NCBI RefSeq assembly: GCF_033153115.1
Contig: NW_026889803.1
Span: 14,632,001 to 14,696,000 of the forward strand
Source of the DNA: Saccostrea echinata
Lineage: Eukaryota
Direction: 5' to 3'
Length of the DNA stretch: 64,000 nt
The notes beneath the pieces are model-generated. The model saw nothing but the letters and a program-made list of their open reading frames with translations. It was not told where the DNA came from and searched no databases. Shown in pieces: positions 57,201-64,000 of this stretch. The translations under genes were made by a program, and so were the position numbers. Position 1 is the stretch's first letter. The number at the start of each line of letters is the position of its first letter.

Positions 57201-57539
57201 ACCAGTGGCCAGATAATTCAGTTGATGGAGCACCTGACTAGAGATTCAAGGGTCCTGGGTTCAAATCCCAGTCTAGTCCATCACATTTTTCTCCACTCCT
57301 GGTACATTTTGTGACATGACCTTGCCCTGGAAATGACAGGTGCAAGACCTGCCAGGGAAGAGCCTGGATTGGTGTTTTTGGGGACAAATACCCTTAAGGA
57401 GGGAGGAATATGGTGATCTGTGGGGTTTGATCGCTGGTGCCCAGATAGCTCAATTGGTAGAGCACTTGACTAGAGATTCAGAGGGGCCCACGTTTGAATG
57501 CTGGTCTGGTCCGTCGCATTTTTCTCTTCTCCTGTTACA
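57201..57539 (+). mobile_element. Miniature LTR retroelement (TRIM) with tRNA-derived LTRs
   Basis: Two direct repeats (57201-57306, 5'-truncated; 57409-57539), each with A-box/B-box tRNA-like sequence and ending CCTG(G/T)TACA. Between them lie a PBS-like TTTGTGACATGACC and a PPT AAGGAGGGAGGAA (57396-57408). Confidence 0.7.
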
Positions 57540-57602
57540 TATGTATTCTGTGGTGGGTGACAGAGTGATTACTCCTAGAAATTCACCCCACAGGTGCTGG
57601 CA

Positions 57603-57799
57603 CTCCAAAAGAGATGATGTCTCACTCTTTGGAGGGGGACAATGTGGTAGTGTAAGTTACTCAATGGCATCCTACTAGCTTGGACCATTGGGCTAACCCT
57701 TTAGCTCACTGTAGAGCACTGGAGTCAGGACTGGCATGCCAAAGATCCCAGAGTTCAAATGCATGCAGTGGCTCAATACTGTCTCTGCTGAGTGTGTCA
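57603..57799 (+). mobile_element. Second, different tRNA-containing LTR-like unit preceded by a hairpin and PPT
   Basis: Hairpin CTCCAAAAGAG...CTCTTTGGAG, purine tract GGAGGGGGACAA, then TG(57643)...TAGCTCACTGTAGAGCAC...GAGTTCAAAT...CA(57799). Confidence 0.45.
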
Positions 57800-58949
57800 T
57801 AATTTCCTGTACATGTATGAGTGACCAGTTTGAAGGTTTTGGAGCAAGTTAATTTAGAGAGGATTAAGTAAAACATATTTTGACATATACAAAGTACATA
57901 ACTTACACTTTCTAGATGAGTTCTTTGTCCTACAACATTTTCTTATATTTTTCACTGTTTTGGTTAGTTTTAACAAGTTTTTTTGTGTTGTCATTTAAAG
58001 ACATTAAGTTGAAAATTTGATCAAGATATGATTCATTACATAGCAGCATAAACAAAGTAAATTAATTGATCTCTTTGTGTTAATCTCTCTTTCAATATTG
58101 AAGATGTTTAATGAAATGTAAGTAAAACTTTCTTAAATTGAAATGTCAACATTCATTTCTCTTCTTAGTTAAACATTGTCTTACTCAGTACACTTCAACA
58201 TATTGATATACTATTACAGCCTAGCTATATTTGCCAAATTCTTGTATTGATCGATTGCAATTAATGGTTTCTTTCCTTAACATTGATTGATAAATTGTTT
58301 ACTTGAATGCATCAATACCAAAGGTCAAATATGTTCTAACAGAGATGAATCTACAGTAATTGTGGACCTGATTACTAGCAGAAGGCTGGTATATCTACCA
58401 TCATCCAGTTAGACCTTAACTGAGTATTCTGGAGCGATGCAGTATATGTTTATTGATTTTAGCATGTTTCCCTAGTGCACAAATGGAATTAGTCATCAAT
58501 GTCTATAGTTTATTATATATAAAACGAGAGAGAGAGGGAGAAAAAGAACACATTTTGTTTTAAACAGAAGCATGCATGCAACCTTGAGGTATATCTGAAA
58601 TTTGTATATTTACATGTCATAGTTTTACAGTTGATTGTATGATGATGTGGTGTATGGAAACAAGTTGGTCATATTCAAAACCAAACAATTGATGATTTTA
58701 ATGAATGAAAAAAAAAAAAGTGAAATACTTTCCAATAATATTACAGTTTCAAATTAATTAAATTCTACTTGTGCCTGAAAGATATGGATGATTAAAAATA
58801 TTTAATAACATAGGATGAAAAAAAACCCTATGAGCTGGTCATGTTCCACTAAATATGTAATATAGTATTTAATTAGATTTTTGTGTATTTTGGGCCTTGT
58901 TTAAACATAAGAGGGAAAAGAACATTTTACAAAATGTTCACATTAACTT

Positions 58950-59035
58950 AGATCCGCCCAATATTTCTTGTATATGAGTTATCCCCCTTTTCCGGAAATG
59001 TGACCAAGCGCATGTTCAACAAGCAAAGATGGCAG
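58950..59035 (+). promoter_or_regulatory. Probable TRAPPC8 core promoter
   Basis: CCGCCCAAT, ETS-like TTCCGGAAAT and YY1-like AAGATGGC within 170 bp of the ATG. Confidence 0.4.
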
Positions 59036-59114
59036 CTGAGGAGAATCCTTGGTTCATAAATTACGAAATTGATTGATGCATTATCTCTAAATCTTTATTC
59101 TTTTTAAAAGAGCC

Positions 59115-62100
59115 ATGGCTCAGTGTAAACAGACAGCCCAAGAGTTTATCCAGAACACATTCAGCCCAGCTGTAGCTGTCCTGTGCAGTCCAGATGCCGA
59201 GGTTTTGTGTCAAAAGAACAACCTGACATTCGTGGAGTTAGTCCAACCATTCTGTCGTTTGACAACAGAAGGTATTGTTCTATTGTCGAGATTTACCGAG
59301 AAATAGAATATCTGTGCAGGATTTAAGAAAGGAGTTAGTGTATTCTAATAATCTAATCCAATAGCAGTACATCTGGTAGCCTCGCAAAGTGGGCGGACCC
59401 CGTAAATGACCCCCTCAGACTTGTGTTGTTTTAACCCTCCATCTGATGATCAGATCATAACATCCTGTAATCCCATACTATTACTCTGATAGATTTATTA
59501 AACATTAGTTACAAATTTGACTTTGTCATCAGAGACAATAACACAAAATCTTAAATGAATTTCATCATTAAATTAGCATCCCAGTTTGTTTTGATGCAGA
59601 TTATTCTTGTTTCAGTGTCACACAGGATTTTGCTACTAGGTTTGGTTTGAATCCAGACAAGTTCATTGCATTTCTCTTTTAAATTGTAGATGTGCATAGT
59701 ATTATGTAGGGTATATGGGAAAAAGCTGGTCATAAATACTAAAAGTAATCTGGAAACTTTCCTACTTAGTGAGAATTATATTCAAATTTGATTATTCTGA
59801 TGAATATACTTTAAGATTATTGAAATCATAGACCTTAAATTAATGGCCACAGTTAGCATGATTAGGTGTTTGTTTGTTCATCTGGAAGAGAAATGTGTTT
59901 CAAGTGAGCTAAGTTTTATGAATCTCTTTTACATTAGAGAAGACTTATCATAATGAAGGACACATAGCTTAAAAATATTCTTTTTAGACTCAAGGTCCTT
60001 AAATCCATAAATTCTGATACACCTGTATTGGTATATAATTATGTGAATACTATACAACTATAAACCAGAAATTGATTGGACTTTTTTACACCAAAACACC
60101 ATCAGTTTTCAATCTTCCACCGAGACCAAGCAGAGTTTCATTTCTGTTTTATTCCGATTGAATGTACTGACATCTCATTGTACAGGGTGTCCCAAAATAT
60201 ATACCATTTGAAGTACCTACCACAATCACATCCCTTGACCAATTTCTTTGATAAATATCTCTAAAAATATCTAAATAAGTACAATTTTATAGCAACAAAA
60301 TATTCCCAAAAAATTCTCACACTTATGAAATTGCAACATAACAAATTTACATCAAACTTTTGCAAAAAAACTGTAATTTCAATCAAAATAGATTATCAAA
60401 AGTATGAAAAGAGCTAGCTACCCTCATTTTGTAACTTAATTATCAATCCTAGTCTTAAGTTACTGCTGCTAAACCCAGACCAAAATCCTTAACAAAATGT
60501 AACGATCGCTCCCCCCTTTTTTTCATGTGTTATAATGTGTTGAATGTCAAGCATCGTTATGTTATATAATTACACGTTTGTTGATGGTTTACTTGTACAT
60601 ACATAGTTGTAAAGTTGTACAGTAATTTATGATTACCTCCTGATTACCTTAATTGTCGTGTGATCGATGTTTTTAGTGTTCTCGAGCACACATGTGCATG
60701 TTTTACTGAAAGTTCTGCCGCCGCCATACTTTATTTACTTGTGTATTTTCCCATGATGCTTCACGGTGTATTGATCTATTTTTACCGTAGTTATTTTGGC
60801 GGAAGATTTGATTGTAGATTCTGTTTAATTAAATGTTAAATGTGCTTTTAAAGTGTAAACTTATATTTTATTAATTTATTTACGTACTGTAATAATTTTA
60901 CATACGATGTACGAGAGTGAGATTTCGTTACGGGATGATAATTATGTATGATTGGCTAATTATTTATTACGGGATGGAATTATTAATTATGATTGGTTAT
61001 TAATTATTGCGGGTTTTGGAAGTTCTATAAATACACAGACGCTGAGTATCGGGTGCTCTCTCGTTTCCTTTGTGTCCTAAAGAAAGGTCGCCAGTTTTTA
61101 TTCAGATTAAGGTGTGTACTATTTCAGTATATATGTGACTGAAGTACATATGTTGTGCTAGGCTAAATTAATATTACTAGTCATTGTGCTAGTTTCATTT
61201 ATTATTACTAGTTAAGAACTAGTTATTTCTATTTTCTGTAAGAGTTAGGAAATATTTCTGCTGCGTGCTAGTAGTTGAACTAGTAGCGGGAATATTTATT
61301 TGTAAATTTAGTCATTTATAGAGAGCCTTTAAGTTTTAGTTTGGTCGGGGGAATTTATACATAAATGTTATACTGGAAATAGTGCCAGTTTATATCCGTC
61401 CGTATCAGTAGTTGTGCTGATTTTTGTCTTTTGTCCCAAGGGTTGAGACTTGTCAATTTTACACACTGTTACTCATTTTCGCTGTTGAACTACCTCAATA
61501 AATTATAAACTTTATTTAGCGACTTGGTTTTTATTCCTAGCATTTGCGGGAGTGTTTGACATCCGAAGCGTTACAATATATAAAAGGTTTACCTCTGATG
61601 AAAATCAAGAAGTTACTACCGAGACAGGTGCTGTTGTCTCAAGTTAAGGAATGTTGTGCAATGTCTAGACATTATCATTCCACTGATAGAACGTCACTTA
61701 GAGGTCATCATTTAAAAACCATAGCATTTTTCAAAGTGAACTCATTTTGTTGTTTTCTTTTTAATGACTGTCAAATCATGTGAATAAAATTGGACAGTAT
61801 ATGCAATGTTTATAATGCATTTGTTATCATTCAGTATTCATTTCATTAGGTTTTACAGAATCTTGAAATGGTATCATATATTCTGGGACACCCTGTACTT
61901 ACTAGTTACTAGAAATTGTTGTTTATTAAATTTCAGTTCATATTCGAGATCCAAACAATGTTCCTCACACAATCAAAAATCTGAAGATTACAATGCGGGA
62001 CATGAACATGCAGCTTCCTCAAGCAGTGATGGCTCGGAAGATGTTGAATGATGTGGTGGCCAGTACCCAGCCGCAACTGGGGGAGGGAAGCAGGGGGAAT

Positions 62101-63920
62101 GTGGTTACCTTTGGGAGTTATGATTTACAGCTGTCAGGTATGGACAATACTACATGGAATCATTTTAATTCATAGGGGGTCAATGTTAGTGGGCAACAAA
62201 TAAAATTCTGGTTCAGAGGGACATCATTTCGTGGGTAGTGCTTAAATACAGAAGATTCATTAATTCAATATTTTGACAGTTTGCTCATGGGGATATAAAT
62301 TCATTGGTAAGTGTGACCCACAAAATCAACAAACATTGTTTCCTCACGAACAGTGATGATTTCAAAGTTCCTTTGAAGTATCAAATTCCCATTTATTGAG
62401 CTGCACATATTAACTGATATTCAGTGTATCTGATGGGAAGGCTTATGTGCACATTTATGCACCTGTGATATAACATAAAGAAGCATGTTATGACTAGCTA
62501 TCAAGTTGATGCCACCATTTATCTTTGAAGTAAAATCTCAATTGAAAGTGTGAATGAATGTAATCCCAGTGTAGAACTTGTCATGACTTCAATAATAATA
62601 TGTGTATTCATTTTTCAGCATCAACACCATGGTTTGAAGCATACAGAGACATGTTCTTAAAAGTTTTGCCACCAAGTGATCATGAATTTCTTAGCCATTG
62701 TTTGTGTTGTATCCTTTGGCTCAAATTATTACACACTCTGGAGTACATCGTTTGCAGAAACATTAATTTTGATAAGTGATGGTTTCATGACTGAAATCAA
62801 AGGTAGTATTGGAGGATATAATGTGGTTATATACAGAATTTTTTTTTGGAGAAATGTTTAAATTTGAAGTATAAAAGAGAAAAACATATTTTATTCAAAC
62901 AGAAAATATTCCCCAAAATTTAATGTTAAGCTGCTCTGATAGACAAATTATTTTCATTTTAATAACTTTTTGATTTAAACATGTGCAAATGAATGTAAGA
63001 GTTAGTTTTACAATTTTACAGTTAAACTCCTTATCTAAAACCCAGGTATATTTGTGGTATCCTCAGGTCACTCAGACCCAATAAATGCCTTTAACACTCT
63101 GTCCTCCAACCAATATCAGCAACAGACACAGTACCCCACGAAGATGCCAAGGTGGTTCTGCCCAGGGATCCTCAAGTACTATGTGTTGCTTCATGACGTC
63201 GTAGAGGGGGAAGACGCTAAGTACGATATTGCACAGTATCAGAACCTTACCCTCAGGTCTGCCTACAGATTTGTCTGTTCCCACTGAGTGTTGTGTCTCG
63301 TCATGGTCATCATGCAACACCCGTACCCCCTGTCTTAAGTGTTTTGTTGCTATGCATTTCATCACTAGAAAATCAGTTGTTGTTGTAGCGATTCAATTTC
63401 CTGTTGTCCATCCTCAGCACAATTTGAGTATATCCTCAGATAAAGATTTGGTACTTATGATAGTTAGTAAGGTTTGGCAGATTTTGGGTTAGTTTGTATG
63501 TGTTGAATTGAAAGTGTGGACAGGTAAATAAAATGATATATTACCTACATTTTTAAGGTTTTGAATATGCTTAAAAAAATTAAGATTCATCCAAGTTTTT
63601 CAGCAGAGTTGGTGTTGGAATCACTAGGTCATGAAAAATATTGTATTCCATCCATTATTAACATCTTTCTGCTTCAATATTTGCTTTATTTATAATTAAA
63701 ATTAAAAATATGAAGTTAAGAGTCACAAATCACAGTCAGTTTTACGTGTAAATTTAGGGCAGATGCCGTCTACCAGAGTATGAAGTCCTCGTTTGGTGGC
63801 CAGAACTGTCACCTCTTACACATCAATTCCCGGAGTCTCCACACGGCAGAAACAATGCATACAGATCTGCCTGACCCCTGGAGCCAGTTCCTAAACAAGA
63901 ACAATTCAGAGGCCAATAGT
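59115..63920 (+). CDS. TRAPPC8: Trafficking protein particle complex subunit 8 (Trs85), first five coding exons; gene continues right of the window
   Basis: Exons 59115-59271, 61937-62137, 62619-62708, 63046-63220 and 63758-63920. MAQCKQTAQEFIQNTFSPAVAVLCS...KNNLTFVELVQPFCRLT, HIRDPNN, STPWFEAYR..SDHEFL, KYYVLLHDV, CHLLHINS. Confidence 0.93.
60183..61895. mobile_element. Non-autonomous Tc1/mariner-like element with a nested solo LTR
   Basis: TA|CAGGGTGTCCCAAAATATATACCATTT ... AAATGGTATCATATATTCTGGGACACCCTG|TA. Confidence 0.85.
60498..61575 (+). mobile_element. Solo LTR (~1.08 kb, Gypsy- or BEL/Pao-like)
   Basis: TGTAACG...CGTTACA termini. TATAAATA at ~61026 followed by CTCTCTC. AATAAA at 61497. 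No matching TSD visible. Confidence 0.6.
62709..63045 (+). other. U12-type (minor spliceosome) GT-AG intron in TRAPPC8
   Basis: Donor GTATCCTTT. Branch-point-like TCCTTATC at 63028-63035, 10 nt before the 3' end. No polypyrimidine tract. Frame preserved. Confidence 0.85.
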
Positions 63921-64000
63921 GTAAGTACAGGCCAATCCAAAACTTGTTATCAGGAGTGGGCAGTACAGGGGAGTGTGTGATGTGTTTGTTACTCTTTTGA

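Noticed and set aside
57205-57510. Two tRNA genes (A box, GGTTCAAATCC B box)
   Set aside because: The anticodon arm is irregular with an 8-nt loop, the acceptor stems do not pair, and the copies sit in an LTR-PBS-PPT layout. They are tRNA-derived repeats.

Overview
AT-rich, intron-containing animal genomic DNA. It is most likely a bivalve mollusc such as an oyster (inferred from the repeat types, the tyrosinase style and the frequent TACATGTA octamer). I assembled exons by hand from GT-AG boundaries and reading phase. Host genes in order: the 5' part of a RANBP9/RANBP10 gene (-); a complete TSNAXIP1 (+, 15 coding exons, ~710 aa), head-to-head with it; a type-3 copper tyrosinase-like gene (+); an uncharacterised ~1067-aa protein (-) with a long acidic N-terminus and a papain/C39-like Cys-His-Asn domain; a complete site-1 protease MBTPS1 (+, 28 coding exons, ~1064 aa), head-to-head with that gene; and the 5' part of TRAPPC8 (+), which has a U12-type intron. 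One MBTPS1 intron carries a full-length 5.8-kb PIF/Harbinger transposon with an intact 4-exon DDE transposase and a 3-exon Myb/SANT partner gene that has a 1-nt frameshift. Introns and spacers hold many non-autonomous elements: hAT-, Mutator-, Harbinger/Tourist-, Kolobok- and Tc1-like MITEs, Helentron-type satellite carriers, a solo LTR, and miniature LTR elements with tRNA-derived LTRs. There is one 141-N assembly gap. No database searches were run, so all identities rest on motif recognition.
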